The notes under the pieces are model-generated. The model did not search any database, was not told the DNA's origin, and was given only the letters and a program-made list of their open reading frames with translations. A stretch of 64,000 nt of DNA from Rhizodiscina lignyota (lineage: Eukaryota): assembly GCA_010015805.1 (NCBI GenBank), contig ML978123.1, positions 496,001 through 560,000 on the forward strand. Reading direction: 5' to 3'. Position numbers and translations under genes: made by a program. Positions within the stretch are counted from its first letter, which is position 1; each line of letters starts with the position of its first letter. Of the stretch, positions 24,414-36,290 are shown piece by piece.

Positions 24414-25133
24414 ATGTCTGCAGGAGGACCGTGGGAACTTGGTGACGTCCCACCAATGCCTCCGCTAGAAGCAGCAAGCAATCAATTTTGCTGCGTGTGC
24501 GACAACCCGGCGGCTCATCGCTGTGGACAGTGCAAATCAGGACACTACTGCAGCACGGCTTGCCAAGTGAATGACTGGCCAACTCATGCAATCCTCTGCA
24601 AAGACTTCCTCCGCCTCGAGCGCCCAGAGGGTAACTTTCAGCGAGCGCTTTTCTTCCCACAGCGAGAGCCTTTGCCCCGGTTCATCTGGATCCCCTACAG
24701 TTTTCGAGTCGCGGACGGAGAGGATGGTTATCCAAGAGGATTCAAGGAACTCAGTACTGATCTGAAAGCTGTCCGAGAGCTCCTCGGTTTGACATCGATG
24801 GACTCCGGAGACTTCGGTCACATTCCAGGAACACATCGAGAGCTCCACCCTTCCATCTACTTCTTCTGTAAGAACATCGACAAAGACGACGGTTACTTTT
24901 ATTACAACCAGAGCATCGCCACATCCACCAACGACGGTGCCACAATCACTCAAGTACTCGGAGATCGTGTGGTGCTCCTTCTCCAATCTATGTGGGCCCG
25001 GTTGAAGGAGGAACCTACGGAGGAGACAATCGAACGACTTTCAGATCCGCGAAATGTCGACATCACCATGGACGATTTCCGTACCGTCATCAACTTCTTT
25101 CGCACCAATGAGAGTCGAGTTCCAATCTCTTAG
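24414..25133 (+). CDS. MYND zinc-finger protein (copy 3)
   Basis: CCVC...CGQC...YCSTACQVNDWPTHAILC, RALFFP and DITMDDFRTVINFF. Confidence 0.85.
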   Translation: MSAGGPWELGDVPPMPPLEAASNQFCCVCDNPAAHRCGQCKSGHYCSTACQVNDWPTHAILCKDFLRLERPEGNFQRALFFPQREPLPRFIWIPYSFRVADGEDGYPRGFKELSTDLKAVRELLGLTSMDSGDFGHIPGTHRELHPSIYFFCKNIDKDDGYFYYNQSIATSTNDGATITQVLGDRVVLLLQSMWARLKEEPTEETIERLSDPRNVDITMDDFRTVINFFRTNESRVPIS

Positions 25134-25926
25134 CTGCCTAAAGCTACGCGATTGGACGGTCCTTGCATTTCAAGAGCAGAGCAGAGAACTTGCAAATGCT
25201 GTTGAAATGAGAGGGTCACCATTCAGGTGAAACGGGAAAGTTGCTTTGGGGCGTTGGGAACACTGGATGGCTGCATATTTCCTTACTTGCCTTTCGAACT
25301 CTTCTATCGGGCCTGTTTCCATTTACGAAGGAGCTACAGGGCCCTTTCATGCTTCCATAGGACTCATAAATGAAGGACTCCTGACTGATATGGTATCTCC
25401 AGTTCTTTCTCGCACCTTGTTCATGTGATAATGATCGCGCAACAAACGCCAAACTATTCCTAATACATTCCTCGCATATATCAAACAGTTTCCAGTATAT
25501 CCAAACAGTATCCAAACTCGGCTAAGATGTAAACTAATGTTAGAGGAGGTCTGGGTACCTGCTTTACTGGTCCGAGTGCTTGCAGTTGGAATTTGCAGAT
25601 TGCAAAAATACTTCTAAAATGTTAGTGTCATTCTACGAGAATCTACATTCCTAATGCGCCAAGCGAACCTGGCTGCAAAAACTCATTTAAATCAAAACGA
25701 ATATAAACTAAACTGTTCGAACGCAAACATTTGAATACTTGGTAATGCCCCAAACGTTGCAAATGTTGTTTAAACCATGTTAAAACTCGTTTATGCACCA
25801 CTCTGCACGGCTAAACTCGACAAACTATTCTCCTGTCTCTGCATATAAAAGATGTTCCTCTCGCAGCTTCTGGAGACCTCTAAATCCGCGCCCGCACTGA
25901 ATTCGAAGAAGGAAGAACTCGGCAGC

Positions 25927-26415
25927 ATGGCATCAGAATGCTGTAATTGCAGCGAGCCTTCTGATCGGGTGTGCAATCACTGCCAATCCGCACATTACTG
26001 CAGCGACAATTGTCGACGGCTGGATGCACCTGCTCACGGCCTGCTCTGCGATGCTTTCAGAAACCTAACACGCCCGCACGGTGATGTGATTAGGTGTATC
26101 GCCTTCCCTCAGGACACTGACTCTCCGGAATGGGTTTGGATTGACTGTGATCCATGTACTAACGGCCCAAGCGAAGAGGTCATACTTGAGATTATGGAAG
26201 GAATTGACGCTCTTGTCTTCGGCTCTGGCGATATGACTGTTTACCGTCAGGCGTGGCGCGGTGGACTTAATCGAAGCCTTGAGAGAGCTTCTTACCCTGA
26301 CAGTGTGCTTATGGATGGAGGGCTGTTAGTAGCAAGCACTCGTGATCTTAATATGGACGATTTTCGGTTCATCATTCGTTATCTCGTGGTTCATGCACGG
26401 TGCAGCTGTTTGTAA
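25927..26415 (+). CDS. MYND zinc-finger protein (copy 4)
   Basis: CCNC...CNHC...YCSDNCRRLDAPAHGLLC, RCIAFP, PEWVWI and DLNMDDFRFII. Confidence 0.8.
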   Translation: MASECCNCSEPSDRVCNHCQSAHYCSDNCRRLDAPAHGLLCDAFRNLTRPHGDVIRCIAFPQDTDSPEWVWIDCDPCTNGPSEEVILEIMEGIDALVFGSGDMTVYRQAWRGGLNRSLERASYPDSVLMDGGLLVASTRDLNMDDFRFIIRYLVVHARCSCL

Positions 26416-27374
26416 ATTAGATATATCAGTGGATTAAGCATGAAAGTGGAAGTCTGGAGATATGACTTCGATGGTGTCAAAAACAAAGTCATACGATTGT
26501 TGCCTAGGTGCGCCATGGGAACTATGGCGGTGGCCTTTGTCGCACCTTCCTCAATCCAATTTAATGGACCTACAAGAGCCTTAGGTATACCGTACACATA
26601 GTCAAACTACAATGCACTCATGACTATCATATCATATCTGATTCCTCGATACAACTTGGGGTTACGGGGTATATGATAACAGCAAATATCAAATGAAAAC
26701 GTGATGTTGATAACATAAAGGGGATGTTAGTACATGACCTCCTATGGCACAATGTTAATATTTAGTTCACAGTAGAAAGGCTAGATCTTTCGAGTAAACC
26801 AGGCATAGGGTTACCAGTCCACGAATGTTCATGTGGATAGAATTGTAGCTACTGCAGGATATTGTTGTCAGCTGTATGATCAGATGGTTCCGAAGACGAG
26901 ATTGACGATCCAACTCCAGCGGTGATACAACAACTAGCGGATCCAGGAGGTTCCGGTTTTATGAAGAGGGTATGAAGAAAAGATTGTCGGCACATTAGCT
27001 TCGCCAGTGGTATGAGCACTAATGTTCGACGGTAACAGAATGATGTGACTTCGTCTATACTTCCCTAAGCAAGGAACCTCAGTTGCTGCCTTGTGCAATC
27101 TCAGACATCAACAATTAACCTTCCAAGATAATCTCATCTTTGACATATCATGCAGAGTCAAATAGTGATTTCCGTGTGCCTCAGAACTTACTTGTGTTGC
27201 ATAAGCCGGCATTTCTCCGTCTGCTTTTGTGAAGTGGTGAATATTCACCTTCAACACTTCAACACATTCAACATTGCCACCTGATGTTAGTATAAGATAA
27301 CGCATCTCCAGCATCTTCTCTTCTTCCTCTCCACCGTCCCTCCACACAAAACACCAAAGAAGGTCGACGACAAC

Positions 27375-27980
27375 ATGGCTCCTCCCCGCTGCAGACTCTG
27401 CGACAAAGCTGCTCACCGCGTCTGCGCTCAATGCAAGTTAGCAAATTACTGCAACATAGATTGCGTAAACCTCGACCAGCCCTTCCACTCCCTTCTCTGC
27501 ACAGATGGCAGTGACAATAGTCGTCCTGCTTTCTCGGAGCTCAAGCGCCCAGCCGGTGATGTGACCCGTTGCATCTTCTTGCCTCCCGACTCCGATTATC
27601 CACAGTGGATATGGCTGCCACTTGAGAACGACAAGTACCGCAAACAGACCATGCCTAAGGACCACCGTGTCGATGAGCTGATGGGAGAGGGTGTTGATTA
27701 CACGTACGGCCACATTCACAACACCTTCGCAAGGCGCGACCATCGGGGCAATATCTACGTATACACGGCTTTTCAGCGAGAGGGCGCCGGACTCACAGTC
27801 AATCGGAGCGTACGCATGGCTAGCGCGCCGCACAATGTCGAACTTCTCGGTCCGGTGCTGGTGGCAGGAAGTCGGGATCTCGAGATGGACGATTTCCACA
27901 TCATCATCGACCATCTCGTCACCTGGCGAACGGGCGTGAAGGGGCGTGAACTTCATCCTCAGGTGCAAGATGCGAAATAA
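27375..27980 (+). CDS. MYND zinc-finger protein (copy 5)
   Basis: CRLC...CAQC...YCNIDCVNLDQPFHSLLC, RCIFLP, PQWIWLP and DLEMDDFHIII. Confidence 0.85.
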   Translation: MAPPRCRLCDKAAHRVCAQCKLANYCNIDCVNLDQPFHSLLCTDGSDNSRPAFSELKRPAGDVTRCIFLPPDSDYPQWIWLPLENDKYRKQTMPKDHRVDELMGEGVDYTYGHIHNTFARRDHRGNIYVYTAFQREGAGLTVNRSVRMASAPHNVELLGPVLVAGSRDLEMDDFHIIIDHLVTWRTGVKGRELHPQVQDAK

Positions 27981-28218
27981 GTCTCGGTTGCAGCCTTCGG
28001 GGAAAGTGGGATGCCTGAAAGGATTGGACCTACAATCTGTGGATTATGGTTGCATCAATACGCCTTCAATTGCTGAGGTGTGAGTGAAAGCATTCTGGAA
28101 TGACGAGCTTGAAAGGATTGCTTCTCCGGTCATTATGCAATGGTTGCATAAATATGCTTTCAGTAAATTCGTCATTCATGAAGGCCCTCTGTCAAACACA
28201 TGAAGTTGAAATTAGCTT

Positions 28219-28846
28219 ATGCTCCAAAAGTGTCTCTGTGATTGTCAAATGATTTGCTGAAGCTCAATGTAAGTCCTGTGAGTCCGCGCATTACTGTAGT
28301 GCCAACCGTGAGGCAACTGATTTTCAACTCCACATGTTGTTTTGTTCTTTCATGAACTACTCTTTCATAAAATCTGCTCCTCCACAGGGCCATCATATCC
28401 GCAGCATATTCTTTCCACCGGATAAGGCCTATCCACGATTCATCTGGGTGCCCTGCACGATAGGAGATTCGGGTGCGTGTGGGGCTGTCGACGGATGGAT
28501 CGCGAGCAAGCTTGGACTGTACGAATCTTTGCGAATGGAAAACCATCCTGTTAGCGAACATTCTCTACCGCGAGTAATTGGCATTTATAGGGCTCTTAGA
28601 TCTGATAGCAGAAACCAGAGCGTTGATAGAGTTACGAAGCCTCACAATGTGGTTGTATACGGGGCACTCTTGGCCATTGGGGATGGACAAGACGCGTACG
28701 CCGCTCTTCGTGAATCGATGCAGGATGAGCACCAGAGAATCTCCGACTGGCATGAGAACGACCTTGGATCGAGCGATCTTCGATCTGTTGTTGACTTCAT
28801 CATGATAACGTTTGATGGACTTCGTAGAGACCAGCTCAGAGAATAG
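28219..28846 (+). pseudogene. MYND zinc-finger protein, decayed N-terminus (copy 6)
   Basis: Upstream of ORF 28334 the same frame reads CKSCESAHYCSANREATDFQLHMLFC, with one Cys changed to Arg, and is preceded by a TGA. ATG 28219 is out of frame. RSIFFP, PRFIWVP and DLGSSDLRSVVDFI are retained. Confidence 0.7.
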
Positions 28847-29545
28847 TCTGAGAAGATTACGAGAAGCAATCGAGAAGCAGTGATGGCATAGAATTTTGCA
28901 GTTTCGGAAGAAAAACCCGATTTTTTTAATTGAATTGCAATTGCACTTTCCTTGTAAGCGGCCAGCCAGATGAAGCGTCAGCTCTGGCGTCACAACCTTG
29001 ATGACATCGTACTTGTCTTATTTACCAGAATCGCCGATGATTGAGGGTTTCGGATCCCATGCGGCCGCTGTAAATTGTAATGGATGGTGGTCGAGCCACC
29101 GAGATGAAAATCCTATCACTTTCATAAGTATATTTGCGATTGCGTGCCGTAGGGGAATAAGCCGGTCGCCAAGTAATCCTGAAATCCGAGTCCAGTCGAA
29201 GGTGAGCGAAATGATCGGAAGACTGGTGGTATCGCCGAACTCACGATGGTAGGTGATAAACTCAAGTGCACCACGCAGGCCAAGCGTGAGACTATAACAA
29301 TGAACGATGTGAAAGAATATGTCCAACTCTTTTGTCCTCATTCGAACTTCTCCTTGGCAGTCTGCCACAGACAATCTATGGATATTTGGAACACAACCCC
29401 AGCGCCAAACAAAAATAACGAGATACCTTTGAACGCTGATAATAGAATTGAAGAAAGACCAAAATGAGCCGAAACACCAATGCGATGCTGAAAGCACTCT
29501 TGTAACAGCATTCAGACCAAGACTCCACATGATGAAGGGCAGTCA

Positions 29546-31628
29546 TTACCCGATGCCACCTTCATAAGCCTCCTTAATACCTCTTCCCACTTCTCCAAGC
29601 AACCCATTCACCCCATCAATCTCTTTGCTTAAATCCTCCACGTTCTTGGCGAGGCTCGCAACCTCGTCAAACTTCCGCCGTCGGTTCGCGTCCGCTACCA
29701 TCTCTTGAACGAAGAATCTCTGTTCCTCCAAGACAATCAGCCGCTCTCTCAACTCCTTCTCTTCAGCTTCGAGCGACTCGACAGCACTGCTGGACGACAC
29801 TTGACTACTCACGTCGTCGCCGGACAAAGAGTTGAATCTGATGGCAGCTAACGCACCACCAGGCTTGCCGGCGGCGTGGGGAGGGCTCTTGGATGCCCCA
29901 GCGGGCGTGGCATGTTTGAGGACTTTGGGGAGTGATTTGAGCGGAAGCATATGAAGGTGCAAGAAACGAGATGCTTGTGCATAGACCGCCTTCTGCAGTC
30001 TCTTTTGCGTCGGCGACTCAGTCGGCATATCGCGTATCCTCCGTGCCGCTGCGTCAAATTGCGTGAACGTGTCCATAAGACGCTTGCGCACCCTGGTGGC
30101 CTCCGCAAGCTGTCCTGGAGTGGGAGGGTTCTCCGGATCCTGCAGTGCAACGAGCAGGCGCTGAAACTTGGGCATAAGCAGGCGTATGCCGCGCTCGAAC
30201 TGAGCCATGTTCTCATATGAGCGTTGGTCTGGTGGCTTATGCTCCAGCTCGCGCTGGTAGTCTGACCGGCTGAAGAGCGTGTGCCTGCAGTCTTTGCACA
30301 TTCGAACATCGACGGCTAACGAGCCCTGCGCCGCCGGAGGCTTTTCTCCCTTGGCGACGTTCAGCCCGACTTCGATTGAGCACTGTGTCGCAGGATCGCC
30401 GCACACTACTCTCCCGCATACTCTGCAGTGATGTCGTCTGAATGTGTAGTTTGTGAATTCTTGTTGACAGAAGGGACATTTCGCGACTGACGCATCATCT
30501 TCCCAGTTGATGACAGATTGCTCCAGAGCCCGAAGCTGTGCCTTTGTGCCACTTGATAAAGGCCAGAAACCGGCTGAATTTGCTGTGATATCGGTAGGCG
30601 GATCGGCCAAAAGATGTGTGAGTTTCGATAAACGCTTCTCCAGACGGTTGATCTCGAGATATTGTTTGTCCACGGTCTGCCGTCTCAGTTTCACAAACTC
30701 TTTAGTGTGGTCTGTGATCGCGCCATTGTGGTCGTTGTATCCGTCTTTTGACTTGTAACATGTCTCGCACACCCTACACCAGAACCCTCGAACTGGCTCG
30801 TGTTGTGCAGACCGCGACAGCTTCATCTGGTACATAGTGTGCTCATCGCAGAACAACTTCCCACAGTGCCTACAATTGACCTGCCCATTCGCCGCACCCA
30901 GCCTCAGGCCACACGTCGGATCCGAGCACATATCATATCCACTTGGTCGCTGCCAATGTGTTCTTGAAACCACTTCGTCTGGATCAACCACCTTTGCTGG
31001 CTCTGGATATAGTGGGCCACTCGGAGCCGCAATTGGAGCGTGTGAGGGAAGCGGCGGAGTAGGCGAACTGGTATCATTTGACTCGAAGACATCCAATCCT
31101 TTGAACTTCTGGTTCAGCACGGCCAGAGGTTGGAACCTCTTCGCCTTAACCATCTGCGTCTTGAACCAATTCTTGACTTCATCCTGCTCCACCTCTTCCA
31201 AGTTCTTATGAACGTCGTCCAGATGTCTGTTTAGCTGCAACAGCGTGACCTACACCCTCGTTAGCCTCTACACATCTCCCACAGTACCCAATTCTGCAAC
31301 TCACCATCTCCTCGTTGCAAATCGGACACACAAGCCTACTCCCCGCCGCCGCCGCAGCAGCAGCCTGTCCCCCACCACCAGCCACATGGTCCTCCCTTCC
31401 CAAGCTCACCCTCGACCCCAAGTCCTGGGCATCGATTGTGCTCGTACTCGTGTTCGCCGGGCTCTGTGACCCCAGCGAGCTCTCCGACGGCGCCGGCGAC
31501 AACACACTCGAGTTCCGCTTGTGGGGCGAGGCAGCTGGAGACGACGATGGTGGCGGATGCACTGCGGGCGAGAGGGAGCGGCCGCTGCCTAGGATACGGC
31601 CGCCGCCGAGAGACCTGCCGGAGGCCAT
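29546..31628 (-). CDS. PEP7: Vacuolar segregation protein, C2H2 plus two FYVE domains (Rabenosyn-5 orthologue)
   Basis: CPICNEEM|VTLLQLNRHLDDVH zinc finger, FYVE motifs NCRHCGKLFC and RRHHCRVCGRVVC, and a C-terminal Rab-binding coiled coil. One intron. Confidence 0.9.
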
Positions 31629-31978
31629 TGGGGAGGTTGGGAGAGATGCGGTGGATGCATTCACGGGTACCTGAAGCGGATGGGGGAGGTGGAGGAAGTT
31701 ATGTATCGTCGTTTGCGGGCGTGGGATCGGAGGATTCCTGCTGTGCCATGTGGATGCGCCCAATTTGGGTTGGTGCAGCACCCGGAGTTGGCCCTGTGAT
31801 GGGTGGCTTCGGTCCCTGGATTTTGGGGGCGATCTGGGGAAGCACATCCCTGTCTTGACCGTGAGACTGGTCGACGCTTCTGGAAGAAGCAGTGGATGGC
31901 AATTCCAATTATTATAGAGGCGGAGATAGGATATTCTACATAATCTACTCTATGGTATCTCCACGAAATAAAGAGGCA

Positions 31979-33731
31979 TCACTCTCCAAGAACTTTCAGC
32001 ATCTCGCTTACGCTCTCAAACTTCTCTCTTTCCTTACCCACTCGTTCACCGCGATCGCTTTCAACCTTGTCAATCTTCTTCCAATCTTCCCAGCTCACTC
32101 TTCTCAAGCCTTTCATCTTGAGCTCAGCCTTGAGGCCTTCCCATCCATCTCCTGAATCTTCTCCTGTACTCGAATTCAGGAATGGCGCCTTAGCTTTAAA
32201 ATCTGCAGCAATAGCATCTCCAGTGGCAAATGCATCCTCCATAGTACTAGCAATGACACCAGTCGGGCCTCTCTTCACCCATCCAGCACAGTACACGCCG
32301 GGGACGTGTTTCGCGACCGGCTGCGGCGCAGCAACTGGACCAAGCTCCTCTGGATCTGCCAGAACTCTTCCGTAGACATCATTGGGGATGATGCCGCGCT
32401 GAGTATCGAATGGTACGCCGATGTCTGAAAGGGTAGGCAAGGGAGTCGATCTGTAGCCGACTGAGCGGAAGGCTAGGGCAGTGGCCGATTCGACAATTGG
32501 GGCATCGGGACTAGTTTGTACGCCGGCTGTGCGAGACATGGGATCCACGTCCGCCTTGTACTGGTTCTGGGTGAAGGAAATGCTCCCCAAGGCCGATGCA
32601 TTCGACTCGGACACGTTGAACGACTTTGGTGAGAATAAGAAGCCAAGCGACCAAGATTTAGTTGCTGAAACAGCAGAGTTCGTTGAGCCTTTTGCTAGCA
32701 GTTGTGCTATACGCTTCTGCTGTCTTGGGAGCGCAGAGAGCTGGTCGTTTGACGGAAGTAGCGCTTCTGGGATCGGATCAAACGACACAGAGGGTAATTT
32801 CATGAGTTCTCGAAGCTCTTTAATCGTGAATGCAGCCTGCATAGATATAGTTAGATTCCGCTTCCAACAGAATACACCAATATGGTTCGTTACCTGCATT
32901 GGCCCTCTCCTGCCAACGACGCTGACCCCCTTTATCCTGCTCTTTGATAATGTCTCTATCGCGTGCTCCGCTATATCCGTCTTCCTCAGCTCATCAACAT
33001 CCATCAAAAGGATCCTCGCCACGTCCAGAGCGACGTTTCCCTGCCCAATCACCACCGCGTTATCTCCTGTGTCTAAGATCGGATTCAAGTCTGCGTGCTC
33101 CGGCAGTCCATTATACCAGCCCACGAACGCACGCGCAGAATACACGCCATTAAGCTCCTCGCCCGGTATTCCTAGCTTCCTATCTTCGGCAGCTCCGTAT
33201 GCGAAGAGCAGTGCGTCGTAGTGATGCACCAATTGCGGCAGGGGAATGTCCGTTCCAACGGCAATGTTGCCGATGAATTCGAATCGGTCTGAGGATGCTA
33301 TCTCTTCGAATTTGTCCTGGCAGTTCTGGTATGCATACGTTAGCTTCTGGTAGTCTGGATGACACATAGCCTCATTAAATAGGCGGCAACAAAGTGCAAT
33401 GAAGGCAAACCCACACCTTAACCTCAGGATGATCCGGTGCCACTCCATATCTCACCAGACCAAACGGCACTGGCAGCCGCTCATACATGTCTACTCTCGC
33501 CCCTGGAATCTTCTGCATGACCCTATATGCTGTGTAGAATCCTGCTGGCCCAGAGCCGATGACGGCGAGCCGGAAAGGGCGGACGGCGCCATTGGTGCTG
33601 TAATAGCGGCCAAAGGTGGGCTTAAATGTCCTATATGGATATTTGATGCCTCTTTCAGCATTTAACAATGGTTGCTGAAGCTTCAAACGACATTGCTGGC
33701 AAATGAAACGTGTGGCGCGAGGTGAATGCAT
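31979..33731 (-). CDS. ARH1: NADPH:adrenodoxin oxidoreductase, mitochondrial
   Basis: AVIGSGPAGFY, PFGLVRYGVAPDHPEVK|NCQDKF, VVIGQGNVALDVAR and GWVKRGPTGVIASTM. Confidence 0.95.
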
Positions 33732-34209
33732 TGCTCGCGCGGGTGCACGCGAGGATGTGACGTTGACGCGAAATATTTAAAGCTTCGACCTCCCGTCCGA
33801 AAAGGCCGCTTGGTAATTAAAATATTCTGGACCTCGTCTCAATTTGAACAAGTCATATACATCGAAGCAGAGTTTACGCTTTTAAAGTTGATCATTTCGA
33901 GCAATTATTATGTTCAATCTATGCTACGTAGAAGGATGGTAAAGCTCCCGAAGGAGGGACTCGAGGATAAAACAGCCTCTGCATAAACGCGCCAAAATGC
34001 CCGTCCCCCTAGTCGGAGCTGAATGAATGCTTTTGAGAGTCGTTAAATCCCATTGCTTAACCCAGAGGAAAGCGCCCGATGACGTGCAGAAGAGGTATAT
34101 TACAGAGAAACGGGAGAATAAGAATAGAAAACTTGATGCACGCTGATTCCCAATACGTTCAAAGTATCAACAGCCTTTTTACGACGTCTAAACCTTTTGG
34201 GTTTTGGTG

Positions 34210-35785
34210 CTATCTTCTCTTTAGTTGTTCGGTCAGGAAGTCCAATATCTAAGACTTGTTAGCACTTTCTGTTGTATTGCCCGGAAATTGCAATTGTTGC
34301 TTACCGGACTTGCAATTTTGCCTTGATTGACCAGATGTTTGCTCAATCCCTTTACGACTTCCATTTGCTCTTCTGACGTTAAGCCAGTGATTGCCATCTC
34401 AATAACTCCTCCAACGCTGGTCTTGTAGACAGCAATGAAGCTCTGGTAATACATGAAAGAAAAGAACCCCATGATAAATTGACAGTCCATGCGGTCGGTC
34501 ATGCCGCCATGACCGGGGATGCTGTCGCCAAAGTCCTTGATGTGGAAAGTACGCTTGAGACCGGAAGCGAAGAAGCCACCGAACGGTGCGATGAGAGAGG
34601 CAAAGGTTGCGAATACCCAAATGTGGAACTGCATAGGCTCAACTCGAATAGTCATAGGCAGATGTGTCCATGTGGGAGGAATGAATGGTAGATGATAGGT
34701 CTGCTTGACGAAAACGGGATTAGGAGTGCATTCCAGGCCAGTCCAGAAGTTTGCGCCAAGGTCCTGATTATCGTTAGCCTCTTTACGTTTCAGGGACAAC
34801 TGAGATATGGACTTACGTTGACAGGGCAGATGAAGTACTTGTAGCGCATCATGATATTCGTCAGGCCAATGCCAAAGATGATTGTGAAAATCCATGCACC
34901 AATGAAGCCCTCGACAGTCTTCTTAGGTGAAAGCTTGATAAGCGGTGTCCTGCCGAAAGTAATTCCACAAAGGTATGCGAAGATGTCGTTGGTGATGACG
35001 AGGGATACTGGCAAGAAGAACCATATCATGCCTTCGAAGATGTTGTTCATGATAAAGTGCGCTTGAACGACGATCAAGTATAAAGCCATGTGTGTCCAGG
35101 CGAATTGGGTAAACTGGAACTTGTAATGGCCCTTTTGGAGCGAACCAACGAAGAAGACGAAGCCTATCACATGCTGTCAGTAATAATGATAAACCGGGAG
35201 TAGAGGACATACCAATCACGTAGAGCATGAAGCTGATGAATCGATGATGTGTTGCGAATGGCAACAGCACCTTGTCCACTAATACGATGTGCTTGAAGTA
35301 GTATATCACGCTCTCACCGTACAAAAAGTACATTGTCGAGCCCAGGAAGTACCAATTCAGGGTCTTGGTGAACCGCAGACTCCGCGCTCGGCTGGGTACG
35401 TTTGAGATGGCGATAACCTCCTTGAACGAGATGATCTGTACTGCGGTGACGATTATGATAATGTATATGTGCCCCATGAACATGGCGCCGAAGAAGAATG
35501 CGATCATAACGAAGGTCCATATTGCTCGCGTGATGAAGTTCCGCTTTTTCTTTTCGCGCTCGGATATCTCATTCGGCGGTTCCTGTACATGAGAGAGGAT
35601 GTTAGAGCTGTCATCGTGTCTGTTGTCTCCATTACACCCACCTCGACTTTCTGAAGCGTTCCATTCGCCTTCCGCGTCGGGCTGCCAGGGCCGGACTGTT
35701 CACTGATGTCTGAAGAGCTTTGACTTGACCTCCGCCCTTTATGTCCATTTCCATTCCGATTATGATTGAACTTGACGCGCGCCAT
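34210..35785 (-). CDS. CDS1: Phosphatidate cytidylyltransferase (CDP-DAG synthase)
   Basis: LSPKKTVEGFIGA and KDFGDSIPGHGGMTDRMDCQ signature motifs, with several TM helices. Multi-exon. Confidence 0.95.
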
Positions 35786-36290
35786 GGCTTCCGGCTATCG
35801 AAGCTCTCGTGGAGCTTGCGAAGTAGTTGTTGCCGGACGGGTGACGAGCTGCCGCCCCTATGTGGTCTTGCGATGCTTGGTTGCACTAGGATCGGAGGCT
35901 GCGGCTTCGATGCGCGACAGGCGCAGAGATTGAGATGTATGTGTGGTGCCGGATTCGACAGGTGGTCATGGGAGCGAGTGGGAGGGGCAGCAAGGAAGCG
36001 ACGCAGGTTTAGTAGGATTGCGATAGGCGATGGAGGAGGAGGATGGTTTTTGCCCAGCGTTTGCCAGCGCAAAACGACGTCAAGAGGCAGTGCCAGGAAG
36101 TCTCCCCGGCCCGCTCCCGCATGTGAACGCGCGTGGGCGGCAACCTAAGGTACGAAGGCCAGCAGCCACATCTCACCGCACGACTAACTGCAAACACGAG
36201 CTTCGCCACACTGCTCTTCGCTTCCGTTGGCTTCTCTAGTGATCTTTCGCGACCGGCTCCCAGCTCAATGGTCCGCCGGAAGCCCATGGC

